Origin: an uncultured Candidatus Peribacteria bacterium
Lineage (GTDB): Bacteria > Patescibacteriota > Gracilibacteria > UBA1369
Reading direction: 5' to 3'
NCBI GenBank assembly: GCA_964528305.1
Contig: CAZGSD010000001.1
Coordinates: 133,749 to 197,748 of the forward strand
DNA length: 64,000 nucleotides
This document shows positions 1-8,863 of the stretch, piece by piece (positions within the stretch are counted from its first letter, which is position 1; each line of letters starts with the position of its first letter). The notes under the pieces are model-generated. The model made no database searches, was not told the DNA's origin, and saw only the letters and a program-made list of their open reading frames with translations. Position numbers and translations under genes: made by a program.

Positions 1-1445
1 TGGGATAGATATACGTGGCCATCGGCGACGTTTTCCACTGTGGTTTCATGTTCGGTGACAGAGCCCAATTCCTCTTCAGAAACATTTTCACGTGGAACTT
101 GATAATGTAGCACTGTGCCGGGTTTGAGAGCTTCCGGTGGCAGGCCCAAGGATTTTTCCAATGCCGCTGTATCAGTGAATTTTTCTGACAAATTATTATT
201 GAGTGCCCATTTTTTGAATGCTGCTGGAGATAATTTCAAGGTTTCGCTTTCTCCGGCGCTATTAGTGATAGTGAATTCTATCATTGGGTCAAAACTGGGC
301 GTGACCAACTGTTCCTCTGGCGCTCGATCCGGATCCTGCCCGGCTTCACCAAAAGTGATATTTTGTATATTCACCCGGGTAGTCAGGTCGGCTGTCTCTT
401 TGCTGCCGGGCTGACCGCTAATCCATAAAGTCTGCCCGGGGCACAGGGTAGACAAACCGGTCTCACGGCTTAATTGACGCAGCTGAGCTGCTCTGATATG
501 GGCGATTTCGGCTTTGCTGGTTAGTTCGCGCATTTGTTTGATCAGACCACCAACCAGGGTGTTGTAAGTTTCAACGTATTCATCCAATTCAGCCACCAGC
601 TCCTCTTCCTGACGTTTAAGAGCTTTCAGAGTTTGATGGTAGGAAGTGCTTTTGGCTATGTCATGCTTCACTATTTGGGCGCCCATTGCGTCTTGAGCTC
701 TCTGTAATTCAATGTCCGATGGCGGAGCCAGTGAATTTAAACGCTGCACCTCGGTTTCATTTAACTTTCCGGCATTTACCAGATTATCCAACCTTCTGCG
801 AAACCCTTCATGATTCTGGCTGTCTCTTGTTAAATCAGCCAAATCTTCGCTGGAGAGAGGTGGGCGGGGTGGCTTGGGCGGTTCGCCATCGGCAGTCGCT
901 TCCTGAGTTGGTCTGTTTTGTAATTCTTTGAGATAGGCTTGCAGTGGAGCTGGGGAAGTGATGCCTAGATAGGTATTCATTTCCTCGGGGGTCAGATAGC
1001 CATTTTGAACCAATTCTTTATGAATATTCTCGCGCTGGCTGGATATTTTGGCTAATTTGGTATAAGTACCTTCCAGCTCCCTGCCCATTTTGAGTAAATT
1101 TTGAAGAGCCGCCTGGTTGTTTTCATAAAAATTAGCGTAATCCGGGTTCTCATCACGTTTGGCCATAAATTCATGCACGCCCTGAATTCCTCTAAATAGT
1201 CCCTGGACTCGCTTATTGATGGTCTCAGATAGGCCAGCAATTTGCTGAAACTCGCGGGGAGGGGCGGCTTGTCGCTCTGCAGCGAGGCGCTGACGTTCAG
1301 CCTGTTGCTGCCTCAGATATTGCTGGGACATGACGGCATCGGACATATCAAAATCCTCGCCTTCATCATCCTCATTATAATTCTTAGGAAGTCTGGTGCC
1401 TGTGGGGCGGTGCCGGCCTGGTTTTGAGTTGCGTGGCTTAGCCAT
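1..1445 (-). CDS. Hypothetical coiled-coil protein; start in window, 3' end cut by the left window edge (at least 481 codons). Absent from the supplied ORF track because no stop lies in the window.
   Basis: Manual reverse-strand translation from ATG at 1445-1443 (MAKPRNSKPGRHRPTGTRLPKNY...) stays open to position 1. Charged and Gln-rich, with no obvious TM segment. Same strand as the four genes upstream of it. Confidence 0.6.
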   Translation of the reverse strand, partial: MAKPRNSKPGRHRPTGTRLPKNYNEDDEGEDFDMSDAVMSQQYLRQQQAERQRLAAERQAAPPREFQQIAGLSETINKRVQGLFRGIQGVHEFMAKRDENPDYANFYENNQAALQNLLKMGRELEGTYTKLAKISSQRENIHKELVQNGYLTPEEMNTYLGITSPAPLQAYLKELQNRPTQEATADGEPPKPPRPPLSSEDLADLTRDSQNHEGFRRRLDNLVNAGKLNETEVQRLNSLAPPSDIELQRAQDAMGAQIVKHDIAKSTSYHQTLKALKRQEEELVAELDEYVETYNTLVGGLIKQMRELTSKAEIAHIRAAQLRQLSRETGLSTLCPGQTLWISGQPGSKETADLTTRVNIQNITFGEAGQDPDRAPEEQLVTPSFDPMIEFTITNSAGESETLKLSPAAFKKWALNNNLSEKFTDTAALEKSLGLPPEALKPGTVLHYQVPRENVSEEELGSVTEHETTVENVADGHVYLS

Positions 1446-1497
1446 TAATGAGGAAAGAAATCAATTATAATTATACGGGCTTGTAGGATTTGTCAAG

Positions 1498-3735
1498 TTA
1501 GGGTGAGGTGGTTGGAGATGCTGGGGTGGGAGTGAGGCCGGTGGCGGAAGAGCCATCCTTCAGAATATTGTCAACCAACGCCTCTGCATCATTCGCCTTT
1601 TTAAGGTTTTTTTTGAATTCCTGAATCAAATGCTCTCGTACTGGTTTTTTGTCGGCGTCTGTGGGTAGAGCGTCATAGGACTGTTTTAACTTTCCAGCCT
1701 TAATGCTGTCATTAATCTTGCCGTCTGGTTTAACAATATCAGCTACTTTCAAATCGCCTAAAACCGCAGTGATTTTTTCCACTTTGGTGGTGGCCTCTTT
1801 CACATCCTTGATGGCGGTGGTTGTGGCACTATTATCGCCAGAATCTTTAGCTTTTTCCAAAGCCTGGATCTTGGCTCCCAGATCTTTTGTAGCATCTCTC
1901 AAAATCGTATTGCTGGCGTTTGGTGATGTACTAGCCTTGTGTGCGACATCTTGAGCTTCTTTCAAAGCCTCAGTAGCACCGGCCGGACTGATTTTCATTT
2001 GATTATCAGCCACAAATTTCTCCAGTACCTCTTTTGCTACATTCCCGGCCTTGAGATCATCAGTGAATTTTTTTAAATCATTATTGTACTTGCTTGGTAT
2101 ATTCCTGACATCTGATTTGAATCTATTCAAAGTATCGGCTATAGCTGACTGCACTTCTTTGTTAGTAGCATGGCTGCCGCTGGAGGCTTCGGCTATGGCT
2201 TCTTGCGCCGCTTTCAAATCATTGCCACTGGCGGCTTTTTGTAGTTTATTGACTATTTCTTTTTTGGGATCCAGGCGATCCTTCTCCTGCCACTCCGCAA
2301 TCTTTTGAGCCGGCAAATTCAAACTGCTGGCCAGAGAGGCCAGGCCTTTTTTGCCACCACCATCCACGGGTAGTATTGGCGCATAGAGAGGCATTTTGGC
2401 CAGACTGGTGCCGAAGCCGCCCACTGCTCCTTTGATGGCATCGACTGCGCCCTGGGCCTTGGTGCCTTTCATGGCTTCGAAGACAGCCATCCAGATAAAG
2501 GCGGCGGTGGCCAGGCCAGCCATCAAATCTTGAATAGTACTCATGCCAGAGGTGATGGCGCCCAAATCCGCCGGATTGGTGGATAATTGCACGCCGGGAG
2601 AGATTTGTTTGAGCTGGGCTATCATAATCATGCCTATGGTGAGCACGATGGAGACTTTGACAGGCACCAGGGCATGGCTCATAAATAAGCCGAAAAATGG
2701 ATCATTGTCACTTAAAGTATCTTTTACTTTTTTGAAAGCTATGCCTAAGAAAGACAGTGGTGAAATAGCTATGGAAATCCAAAGCACTACCACGCGGGCC
2801 AGTAGTACGACGAATAGTGCTATGAAAGAAGTGCTGTAAATGGTCAGGAAAATTACGGAAAAAATAGTATTGATGGCGAGACTATCTAGACCTGTGACAT
2901 GAGTCGGATTAAGAGTGTCAATTTTACCTATATCCATCAGCTCCAGGGCCAGTACCAGGGCGACATTGCGGGAGTTGAAGGTGCTGAAAAAACTCTGGGC
3001 GCCGTTTTTTAAGGCGACGGTGGGAGATTTGGATTGGTCTGCTTGGCCTGATTGACCAGCACCTGCGGCTGGAGCCCCACTTGATTTGGTGTCAGTTTTG
3101 GCCGGGTCGCTGGCTTTGCTACAAAATGGATTCTCATGACTCTGATTTTTGACGAGAATTTTTTTACAAAGGGTGTCATCTAGTTTTTTGGCACCCTCCG
3201 GGGTAGCGTATTTTTTGAGTGAATCAGAAGCCATTGGCACGGCGAAAATGGCAGTGGTGGTGATATTGACAGTATCCAGCACCACTTTACAAAGCATGAA
3301 GGAAAAATTAACGGCAATCAGACCTATGGCGACTTTTGGTAAAACCGCTTTGATGCTGAAATCGTCACTACCGCCCACACCAACAATATTGTAAATAGCC
3401 ACAGCCAGCAGCCCCAAGACAAACATAATATTCACAAAATCCCGAACGGCGCTCCAGATATTGAGCAGGACGGTTTGCATACCACCGCTAAAGAGCAGAT
3501 CGTTGTTGAGCAGCCCTCCAATCATCAGCAGCACCGGCCAGAGAAAGACCTGCATGGCCTGGAGAATGATATCGAAAAATTTAAATGCCTCGGTGCCCCC
3601 ACTCTTTAGAGCTTGGCTAAGAGCGTCAAATCCCTCAGCGTGTGCCAGCAGAGGCATAGCCAGCATTAAAGTTGTAGCCAAGATATAAGCCAGGCGGCGG
3701 TAGCGATACTTATTGTAGAGGTTTTTAAAATTCAT
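1498..3735 (-). CDS. Polytopic membrane protein: signal peptide, about 10 hydrophobic segments over about 430 aa, then a long Lys/Ala/Asp-rich helical tail ending in a Pro/Thr/Ser stretch. Function unknown.
   Basis: 745-aa ORF. The N-terminus ...LAMPLLAHAEG looks like a signal peptide. It is followed by many hydrophobic runs, a KAxxE-rich C-terminal half and a TPTPASPTTSP end. The layout loosely recalls VirB6/TrbL-like proteins, but I cannot confirm that. Confidence 0.7.
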   Translation of the reverse strand: MNFKNLYNKYRYRRLAYILATTLMLAMPLLAHAEGFDALSQALKSGGTEAFKFFDIILQAMQVFLWPVLLMIGGLLNNDLLFSGGMQTVLLNIWSAVRDFVNIMFVLGLLAVAIYNIVGVGGSDDFSIKAVLPKVAIGLIAVNFSFMLCKVVLDTVNITTTAIFAVPMASDSLKKYATPEGAKKLDDTLCKKILVKNQSHENPFCSKASDPAKTDTKSSGAPAAGAGQSGQADQSKSPTVALKNGAQSFFSTFNSRNVALVLALELMDIGKIDTLNPTHVTGLDSLAINTIFSVIFLTIYSTSFIALFVVLLARVVVLWISIAISPLSFLGIAFKKVKDTLSDNDPFFGLFMSHALVPVKVSIVLTIGMIMIAQLKQISPGVQLSTNPADLGAITSGMSTIQDLMAGLATAAFIWMAVFEAMKGTKAQGAVDAIKGAVGGFGTSLAKMPLYAPILPVDGGGKKGLASLASSLNLPAQKIAEWQEKDRLDPKKEIVNKLQKAASGNDLKAAQEAIAEASSGSHATNKEVQSAIADTLNRFKSDVRNIPSKYNNDLKKFTDDLKAGNVAKEVLEKFVADNQMKISPAGATEALKEAQDVAHKASTSPNASNTILRDATKDLGAKIQALEKAKDSGDNSATTTAIKDVKEATTKVEKITAVLGDLKVADIVKPDGKINDSIKAGKLKQSYDALPTDADKKPVREHLIQEFKKNLKKANDAEALVDNILKDGSSATGLTPTPASPTTSP

Positions 3736-3739
3736 ATTT

Positions 3740-5446
3740 TTATGTGAGGCTATTGATAGCGGCTGCGCTGAAAGTGGCTAATAATGGTAGGCCAGTGGCG
3801 ACGGCAACGATGGCAGCGCGATAGTTTTTTGGCTGAGGTTGTTGAGTGGCAGCCACAGAAATTCCTGGGACTGGAGCTCTACCGGAGGCCTGGGTAGCAG
3901 CCATGGCCGGCTGCTGAGACATAGCAGAGGCAGATGCGCTTAACTGAGCTGGTTGGCTGGCGCTGATTTTCGGCATGATACGGCGGGGGGTGACACTGGA
4001 GAGTAGAGGCGCCGCCACGGTGCGGGGCGTGGGGATGAGGGGGAGATTTACTGAATCGCCGGGAGATTTGGTAAAAGGAATGGCGTAAGTGGCGGCGCCG
4101 GCAGGGTTTTTGGCAGTATTATGGCTGCTGGAACTATCGCTAGTAGGAAAACTGAGTGGACGATTAGGGCCAGCTGGTGGGTGCTGCGGCAAACGCTGAT
4201 CACTGCTGACTTGATACTCCTGGGCTTCCTGAAGTTTTTTATAAAGAGCCAAGAGAGGTGTGCGCAGCTGAGCTATGTCTGTCGGCGCCAATTTGAGCTG
4301 GGGATTGGCTGGAGAGTCCTGGTCTGGCTTTGGATAGATAGAAAAATGCATGGTGGGATGATCGTTGAGCCTGTCTTTGACACTGTCTATCACAACTCGG
4401 GCAGCTACTCCCTGCCCGTCCTGGACAAAAAAGACGGCATTACTGCCCTGGCCGGATTTGTCCAAATGCACTCCCGTGCCTGACAAAATGGCACTAAAAC
4501 CATCTCCAGCCACTTGAAATGGCCCAGCTGGTATAGATAAAGCATAGTCGGAAGCAGATAGGGCTGTGTATTGTAATTGCCGGGCCTGACGCTGATTGAG
4601 AATTTGTAATAATTGACTGAAAGTTCTATGAGTTGATGCAGATGTGGATTTAGTTGTAGCTATATCCGCATGTACAGCACGGCGATCCAAAGCCTTTGGT
4701 GAGATCAAAGTTTCTACCCGGCCAGTAGCTGATAAAGCCACTGCTAACCCAGGAAAACGCCGACTCACATATTCACGCAGCATAGCAGCCAACTGCTCCC
4801 CTTTTAGTCCCTGCTGGCGCAACTCGGCTTTTTGCCCGGCCAATTCCGCTAACTCGGCATGGGATAGGACAGTATCAAATTCCCCGCTGCTGCCACGCAC
4901 CAAAATCTGCTCGCCCAACCCCTGATAGGGATTGACCGGCTCGGTGCTGGTGGGCCCAGTTTTTTTGCGCCCTGCTTCCAATAGAGCTATCTCACGCTGC
5001 TCCACACTGTGCAAGAGCGGCTTGACTAAACCGTTTAATAATAATTCTTTTTGAAAAACATCAAATACTGGTTGCCCCTGATCTTTTTCGCCTCCAGCAA
5101 AGCCTGGACGCAATCTATCCAGGCGCTGAAAATTATAAGTGCAGAAGCGTAACTGTTGATGCAGTTGATCAAAGAAAAAGGCCTGATCTGTGGGAGAATT
5201 GCTGAAAGGACGGAGAGGACGGGGGGTGTTGATATTGCCGTCCAGATAAAAATACTTGCGGAAAAATAACTGTTTTTCCGGCTTGAGATTGATAAAAGGT
5301 GTCTGTTGATTAGCTGAAAAAATCACTTCATGTAGCGGAGCCAAAGTCTGGTCTTTTTTCTCGATAAATTTAGCTTCATCGATCAAAATTTCCTGTACCA
5401 GGATTTCCAGATTGCGGGTGAATTGTGCGTCTATTTTGACATTCAT
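3740..5446 (-). CDS. Hypothetical protein: soluble N-terminal region, Pro/Ser/Ala-rich linker and a single C-terminal TM (tail-anchored).
   Basis: 568-aa ORF. Its start overlaps the upstream gene's stop as ATGA (5446-5443), and it lies 4 nt from the downstream gene. The C-terminus is YRAAIVAVATGLPLLATFSAAAINSLT. Confidence 0.65.
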   Translation of the reverse strand: MNVKIDAQFTRNLEILVQEILIDEAKFIEKKDQTLAPLHEVIFSANQQTPFINLKPEKQLFFRKYFYLDGNINTPRPLRPFSNSPTDQAFFFDQLHQQLRFCTYNFQRLDRLRPGFAGGEKDQGQPVFDVFQKELLLNGLVKPLLHSVEQREIALLEAGRKKTGPTSTEPVNPYQGLGEQILVRGSSGEFDTVLSHAELAELAGQKAELRQQGLKGEQLAAMLREYVSRRFPGLAVALSATGRVETLISPKALDRRAVHADIATTKSTSASTHRTFSQLLQILNQRQARQLQYTALSASDYALSIPAGPFQVAGDGFSAILSGTGVHLDKSGQGSNAVFFVQDGQGVAARVVIDSVKDRLNDHPTMHFSIYPKPDQDSPANPQLKLAPTDIAQLRTPLLALYKKLQEAQEYQVSSDQRLPQHPPAGPNRPLSFPTSDSSSSHNTAKNPAGAATYAIPFTKSPGDSVNLPLIPTPRTVAAPLLSSVTPRRIMPKISASQPAQLSASASAMSQQPAMAATQASGRAPVPGISVAATQQPQPKNYRAAIVAVATGLPLLATFSAAAINSLT

Positions 5447-7029
5447 GCTTTTGCTGATGTTAAGCCCTGCTCTTGATGGAATTTGTCGGAATAAGCTTGT
5501 AATTTAGGCGCTTCGTCAATTTTTAATTCGGTTAAAACAATCATCACTCCCTGCAGAGACTGCTTGAAATTAATATCTTTACTACCGCCGGAAGCGTAAG
5601 CTTTCTGCAATAACTCCAATTGATGGGGACCGGCTTTGGCAACCAGTAAATTGTAATCCATTGCCACGTCTTTTCCCTGGCTTTTTTGTTCGTAGGCCAG
5701 GCTCTGTACCAGGTCCAGACCTGTTTTTTTCACGCCTCCTGGGAATTCATCTGGCGTAAGTAGAAAATCCAATAAAAAAGGATTGCGACCAATTTCATTT
5801 TTTAGAGTGGTCTCCAGCTCATTTTGGGCAATAGTCTGTTTTTCGGCTTTTTGTTTGGGGCCGTCGAAAGCTGAAACAGCAGTGGTTTTTATGTCATTGT
5901 AGGTATCAGGCGAAACTACTTTCACCACGCCCAAGGTGCCGGCGGTGGCGGCGGCTGTACCCATCCAGAAATAGGGGCCGAAACTGCCAGCTTTGGCGTT
6001 AACCAGGGCTGTAGCCAAGCCCCAAAGCGCTGTCAGCATCATCAATCCGGGCGTGCCGGCTATTTTAAGCACAGGGTTTTCGGCGGTGCGGCCCTGCTGC
6101 GTCTGAACGACGGCAGCTAGTTGTTTCTGATAATCCTCCTGTTTTTTGGCTAGATCACCATTGGTCAGCTGGGCTTGTAACAGGGCCGCGGCCTCGGCCG
6201 GCAGTTTGCCGCTACCAATCAAGGCCTGCAACTGTAAATTGTTGATTTGCCCGGACTCCAGTAAACTATTTAAAATTTCTACAGATTGATTAACCGGCTT
6301 GCTCTGCAGACAAGTTTCCATAAATTCCATTTTTTGGGCTGGTGACAAAAGGCCAATCACAACACCAACCTGGCTGGATTCAAAAATATGCCCCAAATTC
6401 TTTTGATCGACGCTACCAGACAAGCTGAGTGGCTGGGCCTGATCGACCAGAAGCTGCATTTCTTTTTTGTCCAATTGTTCATGGCGCAGGACTTTGAGAC
6501 ATAATTTTTCCAGCTCGGGATTGGCGCGTAATTTGGTCATGGCTTCCATCATGGCTTCCAGTTTGACTAAATCGGCGTCATTCAACTGCCCCAAACCACG
6601 CACATGAGCGATGATCTGCTCATAGGGCACATAGATGTTTTCCAACTGTTTATCAGTCTCCGCTAGAACCTGTTTGGCCAGCTCAGCTCGAGCTGCTGGC
6701 GCTGAATCCATCAATTCCGCAATTTGCTGGGCATATCGATTTTTTGCGTCTTGAGCGGCCTCGCGCAGACGATTGATCTGTTTGGCAGTTAATTGCTCAG
6801 CGCCGGCCTCCCCCACTGAACCGCTACTGCGAAAACGATTCTGCAAAGCTTCGATTTTCTGTTCATAGGCGGCAGCTTTCTTGTCGACCGTTTCATTGAA
6901 AGTTTGCACATCATGGCCTTCCGCTCCCGCTGCTGGAGTTGGGGCTTTGGTTTGATCCACGGCTACCGCCGCCCGCTCTACTGGCCGGCTGGGATTTTGC
7001 TCCGGAGATGTTTGGGTTTCACCTGCCAT
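5443..7029 (-). CDS. Hypothetical membrane-associated protein: disordered N-terminus, coiled-coil region, and a central pair of Gly/Ala-rich TM segments.
   Basis: 528-aa ORF, 5 nt downstream of the 190-aa gene. The hydrophobic region is GTPGLMMLTALWGLATALVNAKAGSFGPYFWMGTAAATAGTLGVVKVV. Confidence 0.65.
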   Translation of the reverse strand: MAGETQTSPEQNPSRPVERAAVAVDQTKAPTPAAGAEGHDVQTFNETVDKKAAAYEQKIEALQNRFRSSGSVGEAGAEQLTAKQINRLREAAQDAKNRYAQQIAELMDSAPAARAELAKQVLAETDKQLENIYVPYEQIIAHVRGLGQLNDADLVKLEAMMEAMTKLRANPELEKLCLKVLRHEQLDKKEMQLLVDQAQPLSLSGSVDQKNLGHIFESSQVGVVIGLLSPAQKMEFMETCLQSKPVNQSVEILNSLLESGQINNLQLQALIGSGKLPAEAAALLQAQLTNGDLAKKQEDYQKQLAAVVQTQQGRTAENPVLKIAGTPGLMMLTALWGLATALVNAKAGSFGPYFWMGTAAATAGTLGVVKVVSPDTYNDIKTTAVSAFDGPKQKAEKQTIAQNELETTLKNEIGRNPFLLDFLLTPDEFPGGVKKTGLDLVQSLAYEQKSQGKDVAMDYNLLVAKAGPHQLELLQKAYASGGSKDINFKQSLQGVMIVLTELKIDEAPKLQAYSDKFHQEQGLTSAKA

Positions 7030-7034
7030 GGATT

Positions 7035-7607
7035 TTATAATTTAAATAAACGCAAAAGATGCTCGGTCCAATGCTCTTGAACACCGGTCATTTCACTTAA
7101 GTATTGCTCCAAAAAAGCCCGCACGGCCTGGGGATTCTGATTTTCCAGCTCGATGATGAGATCAGGTAATAGGCCTTCTTTCAGACGCAATCCTAATTTC
7201 CTGACAGTAGGTGGCTGATAGAGAATCCAAAAACAGGAAATATCGGCATAGGGAATTTGACGATGGCCTATTTTCACTCCCAATTCGGATAAATTCACTT
7301 TGGTGTGACGTGGCGGATGATATTCGTGAGTGAAATAATAAACCGCTGCGAAAACCACAGTGGCCACCAGCATGGTCCAATTGCCGCTGAATGCCTCCAA
7401 AATGATAACCGCCAGCAGTATCAATGCGGCCGCCCCCCACCAGCGTAGAGACTTGGGATGCTGCAAATATTCCGGAGCTATCCAGGAAAAAACTGCTTTG
7501 TTGAAATCCGGCACAGCATGGCTTTCATCCAGATTTTCTTCGAAAACTGAAGGATGATAGAGGGGGTCTCTCTGGCCTGATTGGCGAAGGGGCCGTAAAA
7601 ATGCCAT
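7035..7607 (-). CDS. Small membrane protein with two TM segments and a C-terminal globular domain, possibly bacterial PH-like. First gene of the five-gene operon.
   Basis: 190-aa ORF with the hydrophobic pair WWGAAALILLAVIILEAF and WTMLVATVVFAAVYYF. The PH-like idea rests on architecture only. Confidence 0.6.
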   Translation of the reverse strand: MAFLRPLRQSGQRDPLYHPSVFEENLDESHAVPDFNKAVFSWIAPEYLQHPKSLRWWGAAALILLAVIILEAFSGNWTMLVATVVFAAVYYFTHEYHPPRHTKVNLSELGVKIGHRQIPYADISCFWILYQPPTVRKLGLRLKEGLLPDLIIELENQNPQAVRAFLEQYLSEMTGVQEHWTEHLLRLFKL

Positions 7608-7864
7608 AAATTGATTCTACTAAAATCCTTTAATTATAGCATAAAAACGCCCTTTTCTGAAGTCTGCCACCCCTGGACCACTACAGTTTGTATTGCCTTT
7701 TAAGCGTATTGTGGTGTCGGTATTTTTCAATTTCCTTGCCTTTACCAGATTGATTTGCTAGATTTGCTGCGCTTCTTTGTGCTTTTTGGTCAGTACCCGA
7801 GGGATTTTATCCTTGGGGAAGCTACCGGAAGGCTAAGCAAAATTATTTATTAACCAAACAAAGA

Positions 7865-8236
7865 ATGGCAGCAGAAAGCAAATATGAATTGATGTTAATC
7901 ATCGATTCAGGTATTGGCCAGGCCGATATCGACAAGCGCCTGGAAGCAGTGCGCAAACAGATTTCCAAACACGGAAAAATCTTTTTCGAGGATGTCTGGG
8001 GAGAACGCGATTTCGCCTATCCTATCAAGGGTATGAATAAGGGGTATTATGCCGTACTGGCCTTTGGATTTGACCCAGCTGAAGTGCAGGAAATGGAAAC
8101 CTCCTTGCGCTTGGAGCCGGAAGTGGTGAGACACTTGCTGGTCAAATTACCACTGAAGTACGAGCCTAAATCCTTGGACGAGCTCAAAAAAGCTCATCAG
8201 GAGGCTGCAGAAGCTGCAAAAGCTGAGCAGAAATAA
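7865..8236 (+). CDS. rpsF: 30S ribosomal protein S6
   Basis: YELMLIIDSG...FEDVWGERDFAYPIKGMNKGYYAVLAF is the typical S6 pattern, with an acidic/Lys C-terminal tail. It lies directly upstream of S18. Confidence 0.92.
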   Translation: MAAESKYELMLIIDSGIGQADIDKRLEAVRKQISKHGKIFFEDVWGERDFAYPIKGMNKGYYAVLAFGFDPAEVQEMETSLRLEPEVVRHLLVKLPLKYEPKSLDELKKAHQEAAEAAKAEQK

Positions 8237-8259
8237 TTCTTTATTAATATTATAAAATC

Positions 8260-8475
8260 ATGGCTAAAAATAAGTATAACAAGAAATGCCCTTTCACAGG
8301 GACTGGCATACAGTTTATCGACTACAAAGACGTGGATCTGCTGCGAAAATATGTTTCCAAATACGGTAAAATCGTTCCACGCTATTACACTGGCGTTAAT
8401 TTGAAGTATCAGAAAATGCTGGCACAGGCTGTGAAGAGGGCTAGACAGATGGCATTACTCAAGTTTGTACGGTAA
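8260..8475 (+). CDS. rpsR: 30S ribosomal protein S18
   Basis: [58 protein letters not shown] matches the S18 signature. Confidence 0.93.
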   Translation: MAKNKYNKKCPFTGTGIQFIDYKDVDLLRKYVSKYGKIVPRYYTGVNLKYQKMLAQAVKRARQMALLKFVR

Positions 8476-8507
8476 GTTGTAATGAAACAAGCTGCTAAAA
8501 TGACTAT

Positions 8508-8538
8508 AAAAACTCCTTTAAATTTGAAGGAGTTTTTT
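8508..8538 (+). terminator. Intrinsic terminator after rpsF-rpsR
   Basis: aaaaactcctt (8508-8518) pairs with aaggagttttt (8527-8537) around an 8-nt loop, and the 3' arm runs into a T6 tract. Confidence 0.75.
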
Positions 8539-8863
8539 AGTTAATTGCGCTAGAGTTAGCCAATTCTCGCGAGAATTGGCGGTAATAGCCTTGACAGAAT
8601 GTTGATTTTTTTAGGGATTCTGCTATGATGGGAAAGTATGGTAACGAATTAATGAGCTAAAAACCTGATCTATTAGCGACAAACAGTATCAATGAAGCTT
8701 CCCGTAAGCGGGCGGCTGGTGGACCAGAGACGACATTGATACAGTACACCATAAATTTACCACTATAAGTACGATAAATAGTTCCCCACTGGAAAGCACG
8801 AATTTAACGCTTTCCGCCAATCTAGAAGCTAGAAAAGCTCGCCACAAAAAAGTTTTTGCTGGC

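Noticed and set aside
7735-7864. rpsF (S6:S18-binding) leader structure
   Set aside because: A plausible TTGCCT, 17 nt, TAGATT promoter and a roughly 100-nt leader exist. The hairpin I could draw (cccgaggga/tccttgggg) has mismatches, and I cannot match it to the known motif from memory.
8237-8259. Missing ssb between rpsF and rpsR
   Set aside because: Many bacteria have rpsF-ssb-rpsR, but direct rpsF-rpsR adjacency (a 23-nt gap here) also occurs in several lineages. It is not evidence of deletion or novelty by itself.
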